DNA of 64,000 nucleotides from a virus: IMG/VR virus record IMGVR_UViG_3300043256_000125, positions 2,627 to 66,626 of that record; one strand, 5' to 3'. Shown piece by piece: positions 9,818 to 20,852 of this stretch (position 1 is its first letter; each line of letters starts with the position of its first letter). The notes under the pieces were generated by a model. It saw only the letters and a program-made list of their open reading frames with translations, ran no database searches and was not told where the DNA came from. The position numbers and the translations under genes were made by a program.

Positions 9818-9986
9818 GCTGCCTCCGCCATGCGACGATGGGGAATCTGGGTCAACCGGCGAAACAGCCGGTGCAGCGCGGCGGAGCGGAGAAATCCCGC
9901 GATTACCACGTGCCAGGTACAGGGAGGGGCAGGCGAGTGCATATCCCTTATTCTATGACACCACCCGCCAATCCCTAGACGAGTTT

Positions 9987-10448
9987 CTAAGCCTCACCGC
10001 TATCGTCGCTTGGCCGATAGTCGACGTGACGAGGCTCTGTATTGGGGGTATCGTGCCATTCGGGGAATTCGTAGGGAGGAGATTCAGGGGCGGCCGGGGG
10101 TAGGCGACGGGCAACGACTTCCAGCCGGCGCTCTTCGTATTCGGGCCACAGGTCAAGCGCCAGCTCTTCGTCGCTGTCATCAAAGCGATGAATCCGGTGG
10201 AGGTGCTTGCGAAGCTGACAGACCAGGCACGGCAACTTCGTGTCAACGCCGCACGCCACGCAGAAGCCCTTTGCCCGCGGGACGTCCGGTCGCGGGGCGG
10301 CCCGCAGTCTTTTCGGTCGCCATTTGCCCGCCACCATCTGCTGCACGGTGCTCCGACTGATGCCAGCCCGAATGGCGACATCCCGCTGAGATAGCCCGCC
10401 CGCGGCCAACAGCTTCTCGACCTCGTCCGCTTTCTGCTGGGTTATCAT
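9987..10448 (-). CDS. HTH DNA-binding protein with CxxC...CxxC, candidate late regulator
   Basis: LSQRDVAIRAGISRSTVQQM helix-turn-helix; last early gene before the late cluster. Confidence 0.65.
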   Translation of the reverse strand: MITQQKADEVEKLLAAGGLSQRDVAIRAGISRSTVQQMVAGKWRPKRLRAAPRPDVPRAKGFCVACGVDTKLPCLVCQLRKHLHRIHRFDDSDEELALDLWPEYEERRLEVVARRLPPAAPESPPYEFPEWHDTPNTEPRHVDYRPSDDSGEA

Positions 10449-11321
10449 CTGGCATCCGTCGCCATAGGGTTCTATGCTCCATCACACCACAGGAAGTGCG
10501 TCCACCTCGTCGTCCGTCATTACCTTGGCTTTGATCGCGAACTCCACGCTGTCTCCGTCCTGAGTCAGGAAGCCGTCGATATCCGCCAACACATGCTGCT
10601 TTACATATTCCGCAACGCCCTCGGGATCATCGCCCAAGTAAGCGGGCGGTTCTCCACTGTTCGGCGTGTGCAAGACATACCGCAGCTTCTTTGTGTCGCT
10701 CATCATTTCCCTTTCTGTTTTCGTAGTCGCCATGGTTACGCTCCGTCTGCCCCGCAGTCGCTTTTTCTTCATCGCCTTGCGAGACATGTTTTTCTTTTTG
10801 CCGGCCTGCCGATGGCCCTTTACTCGTCGGTGGCGTTTCATTCCACCAAGCCGTTGATCGCCGCGATGACCGCTTTCAGGTCCAGCTCGTCGACCTTCTG
10901 GGCAAGCACGGTCCGCGTCTCGTCGATCACTGTCTCGACCTCGGGCGTGTACCCGTACACGTCGGCTGTGTATGTCCCCTCGCGATCGATCTGCGTAAAG
11001 GGCTTCTCTTCCTGCCCAACTATCTTCCATTGTTTCCCGACTCTCTTCTGGATGGGCCGGGTCTCTTCGATCGTAATCTTGAACATGACTCGCTCCTGGG
11101 TTAGGTTTCGTACCACTGCGTATTACCATCTTCGACATGCTTAAAAAAATCGTGGAGTCCCGGCGACGGATAGAAGGACACGCTCCAAAAGCCCCACCAT
11201 ACCCGCCACGTTCGCTTGTTTTTCCACCGCCCGCGGAACCTACCCGGTCGCCAATTAAAACGTACGCCGTTGTACCCCCGAGTGTCCATTTCAAATATGA
11301 CTATCATGGTCTTCGCTCCGT

Positions 11322-11759
11322 CTACTCACCGGGCGGCGTGTCCGTAATAGCCAACGGCTGTCGACAGATCGCCGGCAACCGTTTCAACAAATCCCCGTCA
11401 CTCAAGTCTCCGGCCATCCGGCCATCCGGCAACACCAATTCGGCGTGGAATGCCCACCTGGCTCCCTTCACTCGGGCGGCGACGCAGCGGGCTTTGACAT
11501 CGTGGTAGAGCATCGTGGCCGCTTGTCGAACCGCAGCCTGGTTGTCGCTCGGATCGTGTTCCAGGACCGGCCACATCAACCGAAAGGTGTCGCCATTTAG
11601 ATCGAATCCCAATATCACCACCTCACGGCCGTGCTGCATCAGCATTCCGCTTTCGACAACCTCTCCGCCCGCCTGCTCGATTTGCGACTTCGCTTTACGC
11701 AACCACTCGTCGGGTGATGACCGGCCGGTTTTCCAGTAAGGGAGGTCTGTAGCTTCCAT
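11322..11759 (-). CDS. Conserved phage hypothetical protein
   Basis: ORF translationally coupled to its neighbours. Confidence 0.55.
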   Translation of the reverse strand: MEATDLPYWKTGRSSPDEWLRKAKSQIEQAGGEVVESGMLMQHGREVVILGFDLNGDTFRLMWPVLEHDPSDNQAAVRQAATMLYHDVKARCVAARVKGARWAFHAELVLPDGRMAGDLSDGDLLKRLPAICRQPLAITDTPPGE

Positions 11760-12452
11760 TCACTCATCTTCCTTTCCCGCCGCCCTGGCAGCTTCGGGGT
11801 CCGCGGTCCATTCAGCGGCTTTTTGTAGCTCTGTGAGTAGCTCGGTGAGCTTGCCGACGTACAGGACCATCGCGTTCTCTCGACACAGCACCTCTACTCG
11901 CAGCCGCTCAATCTCTTTCCGCGACTTGCAATAGGCGTCCCAGGCCACCCCCGGCGATAGTTGCTGCCAGTCCTCAAAGTCGATCGGTGCGGTGCGGACG
12001 CCGGTGTGACCACCCTTGTGACCCAGCAGGTCGAGCACCTCCTCGCGGACCTCTTTCAGTTTCAGGCCCAGGTTCATCAACACCTGGGCGGCAACGCCTT
12101 CCTCCTCGCGCAACAGCCCCAGCAGGATGTGCTCGGTTCCCACGTAGTTGTGGTTGAGGTTGCGGGCTTCCTCCATGGAGTACTCGATGACCTTTTTCGT
12201 CGCAAGCGCTTGCGGCAGCTTATGGAAACAGCCCTCGGCAGTGCCGCTTTGCATCAACTTCTCGACTTCTCGCCGAATATCGTCTAGCCCGATATCGAAG
12301 TTTTTTAGAGTCCAAGCCGCCACCCCGCTGCCCTCTTTGATCAGCCCGAGCAGGACGTGTTCGGTTCCGATATATTCATGATTGAACCGCTGGGCTTCTT
12401 GATTGGCCAGTTGCATGACCTTTCGGGCGCGGTCGGTAAAACGTTCGTACAT
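11760..12452 (-). CDS. Stand-alone ClpC N-terminal (double Clp_N) domain fused to a phage coiled-coil tail
   Basis: MYERFTDRARKVMQLANQEAQRFNHEYIGTEHVLLGL and EEARNLNHNYVGTEHILLGLLREEEGVAAQVL repeats; no AAA+ domain. Confidence 0.9.
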   Translation of the reverse strand: MYERFTDRARKVMQLANQEAQRFNHEYIGTEHVLLGLIKEGSGVAAWTLKNFDIGLDDIRREVEKLMQSGTAEGCFHKLPQALATKKVIEYSMEEARNLNHNYVGTEHILLGLLREEEGVAAQVLMNLGLKLKEVREEVLDLLGHKGGHTGVRTAPIDFEDWQQLSPGVAWDAYCKSRKEIERLRVEVLCRENAMVLYVGKLTELLTELQKAAEWTADPEAARAAGKEDE

Positions 12453-12478
12453 GGTTTACTCCTGTTCTGTGGTTAGGT

Positions 12479-12802
12479 TCATCCTAATACCGGCACTGTC
12501 TGGCCATCGATGTCCTTGAAAAATACCACCATTGCAGGCACACCTTCACCGTCCCACGGGAACGCCTTGGCAAGGGACGTCCGGACGTTACCGATTGCGT
12601 GAGCTTTGAGTTCCTCGGCCATGCTGTGGCACTCTGCAATCGCTTCCTCGTGAGTCGCAAAGCCAACCGTGTGATGCCCCTTGGACTTGTGACGCACCAG
12701 AGTATGCTCGCCGCCGGGAAGCGGCGATTCACGAAACAGCAACGGGTGCCACCGGTCCGCGGTCGTATCGTGCAGCATTGCCACTATAGGGTTGAGTATC
12801 AT
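12479..12802 (-). CDS. Hypothetical protein
   Basis: ORF with SD in the early operon. Confidence 0.5.
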   Translation of the reverse strand: MILNPIVAMLHDTTADRWHPLLFRESPLPGGEHTLVRHKSKGHHTVGFATHEEAIAECHSMAEELKAHAIGNVRTSLAKAFPWDGEGVPAMVVFFKDIDGQTVPVLG

Positions 12803-13322
12803 TTTCCTAGTCTCCCGTTCGTAGTTAAAGGGTTCTCACCTCACGCCCGGCATAGAGGTCATACGCGGCGCGGAACCCATCGAACGCATCAGCGGTGCAT
12901 GAATCGCTGTAGTAGCAATCTGGTTCCGTGTCGTCGTGTTCCATTTCCAAGCCAAAGTCAGCTCCCGATTCTTCGACCCACTTGCGGAATGCCGCATGGC
13001 AGGCGGAAAGACGTTCAGATTCGATTGTCACGATAGTCCTCCATTCATGGTTAAAGGGTCCTCACGCCCGACGCTCTACGAGAGCGCCGGGCGGGTTATC
13101 GGTCATGGGTTAGGTCTCCTGTTCTGCTGTTTCAAATCCTGCCGCTTTTGCCCGTTCTTGCGCTTCGGGACGCACGCAAAACCTCCCGCACGTGCTGCTC
13201 CACCGTCCCACGTACTGCCGATCGACATGACACACGCCATGTCGATCGCAACTCCGGCAATCGCAGCACCGCCAGCCTGGAATAATCAGACCGGGCAGCG
13301 GCTCACGATATGGTATCATCCC

Positions 13323-14372
13323 TTACGCTCCTTTCGGCCACTCGCGGTGACACAGATCCTCGGGCCACTCGGCCGGGTCTTTTGATACGCATGGCTTCAT
13401 ACGGGATTCGTGGAACCGACACGAACGACAGGCGCCCTCCCACCCCACCGCCCCTACAGGTCTTCCAGCAACATGGACGAGGCCGCATCTGCATCGCAGG
13501 GCATTGAGTTGCTTGACAAATACCGGCACGCCTGCCTCGCGGCATTGTTGCACCACTGAGCGAACCCACTCGGTTTCCATCGGTCGAGCGCCGGGGCCCG
13601 ATTCGCAGCCTACGATCACCCAGTTGATCGGCGACGGTGTCGGCTCGTCAGTTGCCCCCCACCCGCCGGTTGGCCTTAGTGCGCGATGCCTCCCCTGGTG
13701 TCCTGCACGCATCGTGCATCGGTTTCCGTCGCAACGGGAGGGACATCGGTCTATGCTTAGTATCCCCGGCAAGTCCCCCGGCAAGTCCCCCAGCAACGGC
13801 TCCAGACTCAAGAACCGCACGGGCGCCGGGCAGCGCATCAGGTGCCCGATCCGGTGGACCTCGTCTTGGTTCTCGACGGAGGTGCCGAGTTGGACGTTGG
13901 GCAGGGGGAATGGGCATAGGCCGATGCCCTCAAATCGCAATGTGTACCCGACCGACCTCGCGGCAGCTTCCCAATGTTCGATTGAACGAGCGCGACTACC
14001 CATATACTCCGCCATCCGCTCCGGCCTCTTCGTCAACACCTGAAACGTATGCTGCGGACACAAGGCCATCACCGCAAACACTTTGTCAATGAACCCCGCT
14101 GACACGTCCTTGTGAAACAGATCCCCCATGAACTGCACGCCGATTCTGGCCGACTTTCGCCGGCGCAACGGAGCTTCCAGCTCATCGGCGAGCAGGATGG
14201 GCATGCCGCCCGCTTTCGCTGCCCGAACATCAGGGGCCAACCGCTTATTCCCCGCGTGACGTTTGGCCATCCTGATGTGCCAGCAATGGTCGCACCCGTC
14301 GGAAACGGGTGTACACCGCATGGCGATCGGATTCCATGTGTGGGTCAGGTACTCTATGCCTGTCTTGTTCAT
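13323..14372 (-). CDS. DUF5131 / phage Gp37-Gp68 family protein
   Basis: TWNP..CTPVSDGCDHC, MGDLFH, FQVLTKRPERM, RFLSLEPLLG, WVIVGCESGPGARPM motifs. Confidence 0.9.
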   Translation of the reverse strand: MNKTGIEYLTHTWNPIAMRCTPVSDGCDHCWHIRMAKRHAGNKRLAPDVRAAKAGGMPILLADELEAPLRRRKSARIGVQFMGDLFHKDVSAGFIDKVFAVMALCPQHTFQVLTKRPERMAEYMGSRARSIEHWEAAARSVGYTLRFEGIGLCPFPLPNVQLGTSVENQDEVHRIGHLMRCPAPVRFLSLEPLLGDLPGDLPGILSIDRCPSRCDGNRCTMRAGHQGRHRALRPTGGWGATDEPTPSPINWVIVGCESGPGARPMETEWVRSVVQQCREAGVPVFVKQLNALRCRCGLVHVAGRPVGAVGWEGACRSCRFHESRMKPCVSKDPAEWPEDLCHREWPKGA

Positions 14373-14377
14373 GGGGG

Positions 14378-15067
14378 TTATCCTTTCTCGCTACGCGGCT
14401 TGAATACCGGTGCTTCCAGATCCTTCTGGTTAATACCCATCAAGATCGCTTCCGTGTTCGCCGAATGAATCCGAAGCCAGTCTTTACAGGCGGAGATTGT
14501 CAGCTCTTGGTCGCGACAACCGCGCATCGCGTGGGTCAACCGATGGCGGTCCACCATCCGCCCGCAGATCACCCCGCCGTCGATTTCCCATTCGGGAATA
14601 GCCTTCCCGCTCTCGTTGCACGCATCGCAGCCATGCTTACCATTGCCATTGCATTCGTCGCACGTATGTTCGTGGCCGAACTCACACTCCACTGTACCCT
14701 CGCCGTCGCACTCATGGCACGATACGACTTTCGCACCATTACACTCGACGCACTCTACCGGCTCGCGACTTGGCGGCGGACCAGCCCACTCCTGAAGCTC
14801 AGCGAGGGCCACGGCCCCGGTCTCACTCGTCGGCTTGTCAAACAACTCTAGGTACTGCTTTGCCCCCTCGGATGGCGCGTCGTCGTAGCCGTGCTTGCCG
14901 GCAACCAATACCAACACGCGGCTGTCGCACGCGGCAGCCCACGTTCTGCCCTCCCGCTGGACGGTCCATATCTGACTCGTCATTCGCGTCATCAGACGTT
15001 TGCTGTCCGCCATGCTCGGGTCCGTCAACGGCCCCAGCCAAGCGTCGATCTCTTGTTTTGTGTACAT
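14378..15067 (-). CDS. Protein with DnaJ-type CxxCxGxG zinc finger within a possible beta-clamp-like domain
   Basis: Four CxxCxG-type repeats; the flanking AACDSRVLV resembles the clamp ATDxxRL motif. Confidence 0.55.
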   Translation of the reverse strand: MYTKQEIDAWLGPLTDPSMADSKRLMTRMTSQIWTVQREGRTWAAACDSRVLVLVAGKHGYDDAPSEGAKQYLELFDKPTSETGAVALAELQEWAGPPPSREPVECVECNGAKVVSCHECDGEGTVECEFGHEHTCDECNGNGKHGCDACNESGKAIPEWEIDGGVICGRMVDRHRLTHAMRGCRDQELTISACKDWLRIHSANTEAILMGINQKDLEAPVFKPRSEKG

Positions 15068-15123
15068 GGGGGTTACCTCCTTGGATTAGATGTCCGATAG
15101 ACGGTGATGGTCGGGGGTGGGGG

Positions 15124-16089
15124 TCAAAACAACGTCTGCTCAACATGCTTGGCACTATCAACCAATGATTCCAGGTTTTTCTTTGCCTGATTATAGTACG
15201 ATGGCTTGAGCTCGATTCCGATACCGCGACGGCCAGCCGATACTGCCCCGTATACTTCCGAGCCAACTCCCATAAATGGTGTCAGGATAGTCTCGCCAGG
15301 ATTCGATCGTAGCACAACCAACCGATCAATTACATCCAATTGCAGCGGGTGCATATGCCTTTCGTCGCCGTCTTCTTTTGTTTCCTTGTACGGAAGCACG
15401 CGGCCGATCCGTATGTCATCCCAGAATGCAGAGGCGTACTGTCTCCATATCCAGTGTGAGAAGATATTGTCCCGCTGCTTGCCCTTCCATCCGCGATGCG
15501 AACGTAGATCCTCAGGTATCTCTCGCTCGCCAGCATACTCCAGCAAACCAATCTCGTGAGTGATCTTGATTGGGTTATCGCCTTTCTTTCGGAATAGCAG
15601 GATACAATCAGCCGACGCCAAATCGCACAGAGACGAATCGTCGACCACCTGCTTGTGAGCAAGGCCGCGAGCCATCGTCCTGAGTCGAACCGCAAGGGGT
15701 TCTTTCCATACCCAGTGTCGACCCCAAAACCACCATCCGTTCTCTTCGTGCATCCGGATGATATCGCCAGGTAGGTCGATGTTTCCACGTTCTCCGCGGC
15801 GGGGGATGTCCATGCAGTGCACCACAGAGAACCGGCCGGGCAACGTGGCCCGCTCGATTTCCTTGATGATGAACAGGTAATGTTCAAAAAACTCGTCATA
15901 GCTACGGCAGTTCGACAGGTCACGGGTGGAGGAGGAGTAACGATAAAGACACCCCGCCCCCTCTGAAGCGAAAGGTGGAGAGTAGATTGACAGATGGACC
16001 GACTCATCAGGCAAGGTTGGCAATACCTCGCACGAATCACCGTTATAAATGGCGTACTGATCAGTAGTCTCTTGGCTTATTACAGCCAT
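15124..16089 (-). CDS. DNA methyltransferase (N4-C/N6-A, beta class)
   Basis: SPPF catalytic motif near the N-terminus; HPLQL and TPFMGVGSE...GIELKPSYY SAM-binding motif. Confidence 0.9.
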   Translation of the reverse strand: MAVISQETTDQYAIYNGDSCEVLPTLPDESVHLSIYSPPFASEGAGCLYRYSSSTRDLSNCRSYDEFFEHYLFIIKEIERATLPGRFSVVHCMDIPRRGERGNIDLPGDIIRMHEENGWWFWGRHWVWKEPLAVRLRTMARGLAHKQVVDDSSLCDLASADCILLFRKKGDNPIKITHEIGLLEYAGEREIPEDLRSHRGWKGKQRDNIFSHWIWRQYASAFWDDIRIGRVLPYKETKEDGDERHMHPLQLDVIDRLVVLRSNPGETILTPFMGVGSEVYGAVSAGRRGIGIELKPSYYNQAKKNLESLVDSAKHVEQTLF

Positions 16090-17465
16090 GATGGCATCCT
16101 TTCGGTTTCAGGGAACTCCGTCCCACGATCAATGTGTATCGCATCGTTCATATGTGCAACGAGCGACGTGAACATGGTATCCGCTTGGCGTGCCTTACGC
16201 TTCAAGTTTGCGAGTACGCCCTGCTCGTCCTCTGACGAAATCACAGTCACCCCCACGGAGTGTTTCTGTCCGAACCTCCAACACCTACGAACCGCTTGGT
16301 AGTATTGCTCCCATGAGTGCGACGGGAAGCACACCACATTATGGCAATGGGGCCAGTTTAGGCCGTAGCAGCCGATGCGTGGTTTTGTAACCAGAATGCG
16401 AATCTCTCCAGATTGGAAACCAAGCAGCCGCTCTTCTTTTCTCTCGTCAGACATTATTCCGCTAACCTGCACCGCATCCGGAATCAGCTTTTCAAGCATG
16501 TCAGCTTCGTCGTTCAGGTGACACCACAACACCGACGAACCATCATGTTGTATTGCAATGCCCGCTGCCATCTTGCACCGTGCATTTAACGTGTTCCGCC
16601 TTTCTTCGCGTTGCTCGCCTAGCGACCTGGCTGGCATTGAGAAAAGCATCCCGTCCCGCGGCTTGCTTTCCTCTATCATAGTTTCCGTCTCGCGTAACTC
16701 AGGGAGAATGAAGTCAGTATCATTGCCTCCGATATCCGATGGTTTTCTGATCGCCCTTGCCCACGAACATACCCACCGCCAAAACGGCTCTTGTGCGTGG
16801 CCACGAAAGCGAAACGTCTTGCGGCCCCAACCTAAATAATCTTTCTTTGTGTCTTCTTTGAAAAACCGCGTCAACATATCGTGGTGGCCAAGATAGCCCA
16901 ACGCTTCCGATGAGGTGCCGAGTTCAAAGCAATCGTTGGGAGCTGCCGTTGCCGTGCAGAGAAGACGGTATGACAGCGTCCGCATGAACTCAGTTATCTG
17001 AGCCTTGCGTTGTCCGCCGAAGTTTTTGAGTATGCTGGACTCATCAGCTACGACCGCCACGTAATCATCCTGCGAGAATAGGTGCAGCTTCTCATAATTC
17101 GTAATCGTAATCTTTCCAGCCGGCTTCCCGTCATCTGACCGGTTGCACTCGATCCCGAATTTCGCTCCCTCCCTGACTGTCTGGTGTGATACGGCTATCG
17201 GTGTCAGTATCAGGACCCGTTTGTTAGTCTTGCGAACCACGTTCTCTGCCCACACAAGTTGCATGGGCGTCTTTCCTAGACCGCAATCAGCGAAAATTGC
17301 AGCCCTCCCCTTACGTACCGACCATTCCACTAGGCTCTTCTGGAAGTCATAGAGAAAATCAGGTAGCCACATGGGGTCGAACCCATGCGAGGCCCCCTCT
17401 TGTTCTTTGCTTGTCAGAAACAACCGATAATCCTTTCGGCTGTCCGGGTCAATCGTCATCTTCAT
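16080..17465 (-). CDS. SNF2-like superfamily 2 helicase
   Basis: DCGLGKT Walker A, DESS Walker B, TATAAPND, GLNW, QAVRRCWRFGQ motif VI. Confidence 0.9.
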   Translation of the reverse strand: MKMTIDPDSRKDYRLFLTSKEQEGASHGFDPMWLPDFLYDFQKSLVEWSVRKGRAAIFADCGLGKTPMQLVWAENVVRKTNKRVLILTPIAVSHQTVREGAKFGIECNRSDDGKPAGKITITNYEKLHLFSQDDYVAVVADESSILKNFGGQRKAQITEFMRTLSYRLLCTATAAPNDCFELGTSSEALGYLGHHDMLTRFFKEDTKKDYLGWGRKTFRFRGHAQEPFWRWVCSWARAIRKPSDIGGNDTDFILPELRETETMIEESKPRDGMLFSMPARSLGEQREERRNTLNARCKMAAGIAIQHDGSSVLWCHLNDEADMLEKLIPDAVQVSGIMSDERKEERLLGFQSGEIRILVTKPRIGCYGLNWPHCHNVVCFPSHSWEQYYQAVRRCWRFGQKHSVGVTVISSEDEQGVLANLKRKARQADTMFTSLVAHMNDAIHIDRGTEFPETERMPSWL

Positions 17466-17517
17466 CTGAACACCTTCTCACAGGGTTGTGACTTACATCG
17501 ATAGCAGGGAGGTAGGG

Positions 17518-17886
17518 TCACGCGACGGCCTCCGGTAGATAAGCACGCAGAGAGTTTATTCGCTCGGCCAACGCCGCTCGTCGGCTTTCCATGAGTTTAA
17601 TTTGTCCGGCGGCCCACTCGGCATCCAGTCGCTCTGCGTTGTCGCGAATCCACTGCACGACCGCGCGATTCTCCTCGCGACTGGTTGACAGCAGGTAGGA
17701 CTCGATACGCTCGGAAATAATCTCAACTACCTCACTTGGTGGCATGTCCTCAATATCTGGTTCGTCATCCAAGTTCCATGTGTCGCTGAGCGATCTTTGC
17801 GGTGCATCGTTTGGCAACTTGATACTCACATGCCACTGCTCCTCATTCGAGCACAAATCATAGCGGCCCTTGTTCTTGGTAATCAT
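17518..17886 (-). CDS. Hypothetical protein
   Basis: ORF with SD. Confidence 0.5.
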   Translation of the reverse strand: MITKNKGRYDLCSNEEQWHVSIKLPNDAPQRSLSDTWNLDDEPDIEDMPPSEVVEIISERIESYLLSTSREENRAVVQWIRDNAERLDAEWAAGQIKLMESRRAALAERINSLRAYLPEAVA

Positions 17887-17946
17887 GCTTTGTCCTTTCG
17901 CGTTATCGGTTAGATTTACAGCGGTAACAAGCGGGGAGGGTCATTG

Positions 17947-18162
17947 TCAGTCACCTTCACCTTGCCACATTTTCACCGGCAACTCTTCGCCGCACTTTCC
18001 GCAAGCTTGATACCACTCGTTGTGTCCGCAATGTTGGCAGGTGCAGTTCCAGCCGTTTGCATCCTGAACGTGTGAGTCGCCGAACTCTTCGTCGCAGAGT
18101 TTGCATCGATCCACTTCCGGATACGCACACTCTCCGCATTGTGGACAGCGATTGTCAGCCAT
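17947..18162 (-). CDS. Small Cys-rich zinc-ribbon protein
   Basis: Four CxxC pairs. Confidence 0.55.
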   Translation of the reverse strand: MADNRCPQCGECAYPEVDRCKLCDEEFGDSHVQDANGWNCTCQHCGHNEWYQACGKCGEELPVKMWQGEGD

Positions 18163-19048
18163 CGGAATGTCCTTTCGTCAGGTTGTTGGATAGCAGGGAG
18201 GTAGGGTCATACTTCAGCCCTCCGGTGGTTTGTAGTCAGCCAGAGCAGCGGGGTTGCAGAGATATTTCAGGCTTCTGAGTGCGCCGTACAACGCGGCCAC
18301 CTTGGGGTCCTTGGCTCGCTCTAAATAGGCTTCGTGCATTTGCCGCCTGTCTTCGACGGTCAATTCTGGTTCTGGCGTCAGTTTCTTCATGCGTTCTCCC
18401 TCAGTCTTCCGGTGTCTCGGGCCATTTCACCGTGTAACCGACTCGCTTCAGCGCTTCAAACAGAAACGACAATCCACAGTTCGACCCCAGCCACTGAATA
18501 ACAGTCTCGGCCACAATGCGGTCGCGTTCTGTAGGTGGGCCAAGCGGACATTTATGAGGACCGCAGGTCGTCCGGATACTCATGGGTTCCACGAACGGGT
18601 CGTCTTTAGAACACGGCACCTGCAATATTTCCACGAGCAGATCGAAATGCTCTTGCTCCTGCTGCCATTGTTTGACGAACGCGACCTCCCGGGGGTTGCA
18701 GCGGTTTGATGCTAGGCGACTTGCGTTCAGGCCAATTGCCGTAAACGTCCGCTCATCTTTACTCTTGGCCATGGTTAGGCTCCTGTGGGGTTGTGGATCT
18801 CGACAACGCTTCCTCGCACACGGCCCGGACACTCTCCGGCAACTCTGCCCACACCGGCCCGACGAGTGCTGACAACATTTGCTCCAGTTCGTTGGTTGCG
18901 GCCTCTAACGCTGCGTTCACCTCCGTGGTCAGGGCGGCGAACTCCGCGCTGGCTGCTGTTGAACTTTGCACTTGATCCAAGTGTTTGATAACAGCGTCCA
19001 GGGCGCTGAGCATTTGCGTGAATCGTTGTGATGCCGACATGGTATCTC

Positions 19049-19471
19049 CTATGGGTCTTGGGTTACTTCAAGTCGCTGTCTCACAAACTCCGCCACCTCT
19101 TCGATCACCTGTATCGGCCGCTCTTTCATGTCGATAGCCGTGTACCGCAGCAACCTCCAACCGGCCATCGTGAGCCCGTTGTACTTCTGGCAATCATTGG
19201 TGTACCCCGGCTCGCGGTGATGCCTCCCACCCCGCTGCCCGTCCTTGCCTGTTTTCTTTCCGCCGCCCTCCATTTCGACGGCAACCCACAACGTGGGCCA
19301 TGCGAAGTCGACGTGTTTTCGAGACGTTGAATAGCAGTAGTGGTGTTCGGGTTCAGGCAAGGCACTCGCGAACTCTTTCCACAGGAACAGGAAGTCTGTT
19401 TCCAGCCAGCTTTCCTTTGGTGGCAGCTTTGCCTTGCGGCCGGTCATGCGGCTATTCCTGCTGGTGGTCAC
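19049..19471 (-). CDS. PD-(D/E)XK endonuclease (Vsr/DUF559-like)
   Basis: VDFAWP..VAVEMEGG...GRH...D..KYN...GWRLLRYT motif. Confidence 0.8.
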   Translation of the reverse strand: MTTSRNSRMTGRKAKLPPKESWLETDFLFLWKEFASALPEPEHHYCYSTSRKHVDFAWPTLWVAVEMEGGGKKTGKDGQRGGRHHREPGYTNDCQKYNGLTMAGWRLLRYTAIDMKERPIQVIEEVAEFVRQRLEVTQDP

Positions 19472-19752
19472 GGCTTGGCCTCCTCCGCTTCGTGTTCCTT
19501 TCTCAGCAAGAACTTGACGATACCCGGCCACTCGCTCGCGAACACTTCCCACGATATAGACCCGGCCATCGGTGGCCCGCCAAGCTCGCGACCCTCACGG
19601 TCATCGCAAACGTAGACAGTGCCGTCGTTATTCAGGCGAAGCTGGATCGAGTCGCGATCTTTGTATCCGAATCGCGCCCTGAAACAGTCGAGCGGCGCAT
19701 TGATACTGATGTGTTGGTTCTCGTATCGTTTCATCGTGCCTGGGGTTGGCAT

Positions 19753-20852
19753 CTACTCACCTCCCTCCGCTTGCGCGGCTGCTAGAATCACACCCTCTCC
19801 GTCACATTCGTGGCACCCGTCCCCATTACACACCGCGCACTCATCCCCGACGACTGGACAGTGCTTGCAGACGTGGGTCGATCGTGCCTGTGGGGCCGTG
19901 TTGTAAAGCCAGTGGTGCGAACAGCCTTTGCAGACTTCGCACTTAGGGCAACCGCCCTCCGCCGCTTGCGCGGCCAATCGTTGCTTACGAACAAACGCGA
20001 CGTACCCCTCGACGGCCTTGTCCGGTACGTCGTGCCATGGCACGACGTCTCGCCGGCCAATCATCAGCTTGACTACGTTGCACGTGTCCAGTACTTCGGT
20101 ACGAAGTCGCTCGATCTCGTCTTTGCTGTCGGCCAGCCCGCGCTCGTAAGCCCGGGTCTGCATCCCCATCCACTCGTCGTTGGTGTTGCTGAAGACGTTG
20201 TTGAAATCTTCTATGAGATCATTGGGTACGGTATTCATCTACTCCTCTCCCGCCGCTTGCGCGGCTTGTTCTTTTTCTAAGATGCCCGACCAATTGCATT
20301 CTCTGTTCGTGCATCGTATCTCATTTCCGGCACACACAGTTGTTCGTAAACCGTAAATTTCAATCACACTGCTACACCATGGGCAGAAGTGTTCTTTCAA
20401 TATACTCCACGTCATCACTTACCTCCCGCCGCTTGCGCGGCTTCCAATTGCTTTGACTTCCAGTCGGCGTATTGCCCCAGGCCGCCCGGCATTGTCGCAA
20501 TGAATGCTTGCAACCGCTCGATCTCGTCGGCCGCCTCGGTAAATCGCTCCCGCGACAGCTCGCAAAATCGAAGCATGGCCGTAGCTGTTTCTCGCAGAAA
20601 CGCAACCGACGTTGGCAATCTCTCGCGAAGTGACTCCGCTGTCTCTCGCGCTGGCCATATCGGATTTCCATTAGCCATCTACTCACCTTTTCGTTTGAAG
20701 ACCCGTTGCAATCGCACGTCCCTGCCCGTCGCCTCGCAGTAACTTTCCACCCATTGCTTGGTCGACTCCCGCATTACTATTTTGCCGCAATGCGGGCATC
20801 TGTACTTATATTCCCTCTTTCGCTTGCTCATCTACTCACCTCCCGCCGCTTC
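19753..20852 (-). repeat. Dispersed gene-end repeat GCCGCGCAAGCGGCGGGAGGTGAGTAGATG (encodes AAQAAGGE-stop, contains the SD and next start)
   Basis: Near-identical copies at ~19753-19780, 19959-19975, 20239-20268, 20415-20443 and 20832-20852. Confidence 0.8.

Noticed and set aside
15124-17465. Helicase plus methyltransferase as a defence system
   Set aside because: This pair is common in phage early regions, and no cognate restriction nuclease is adjacent.
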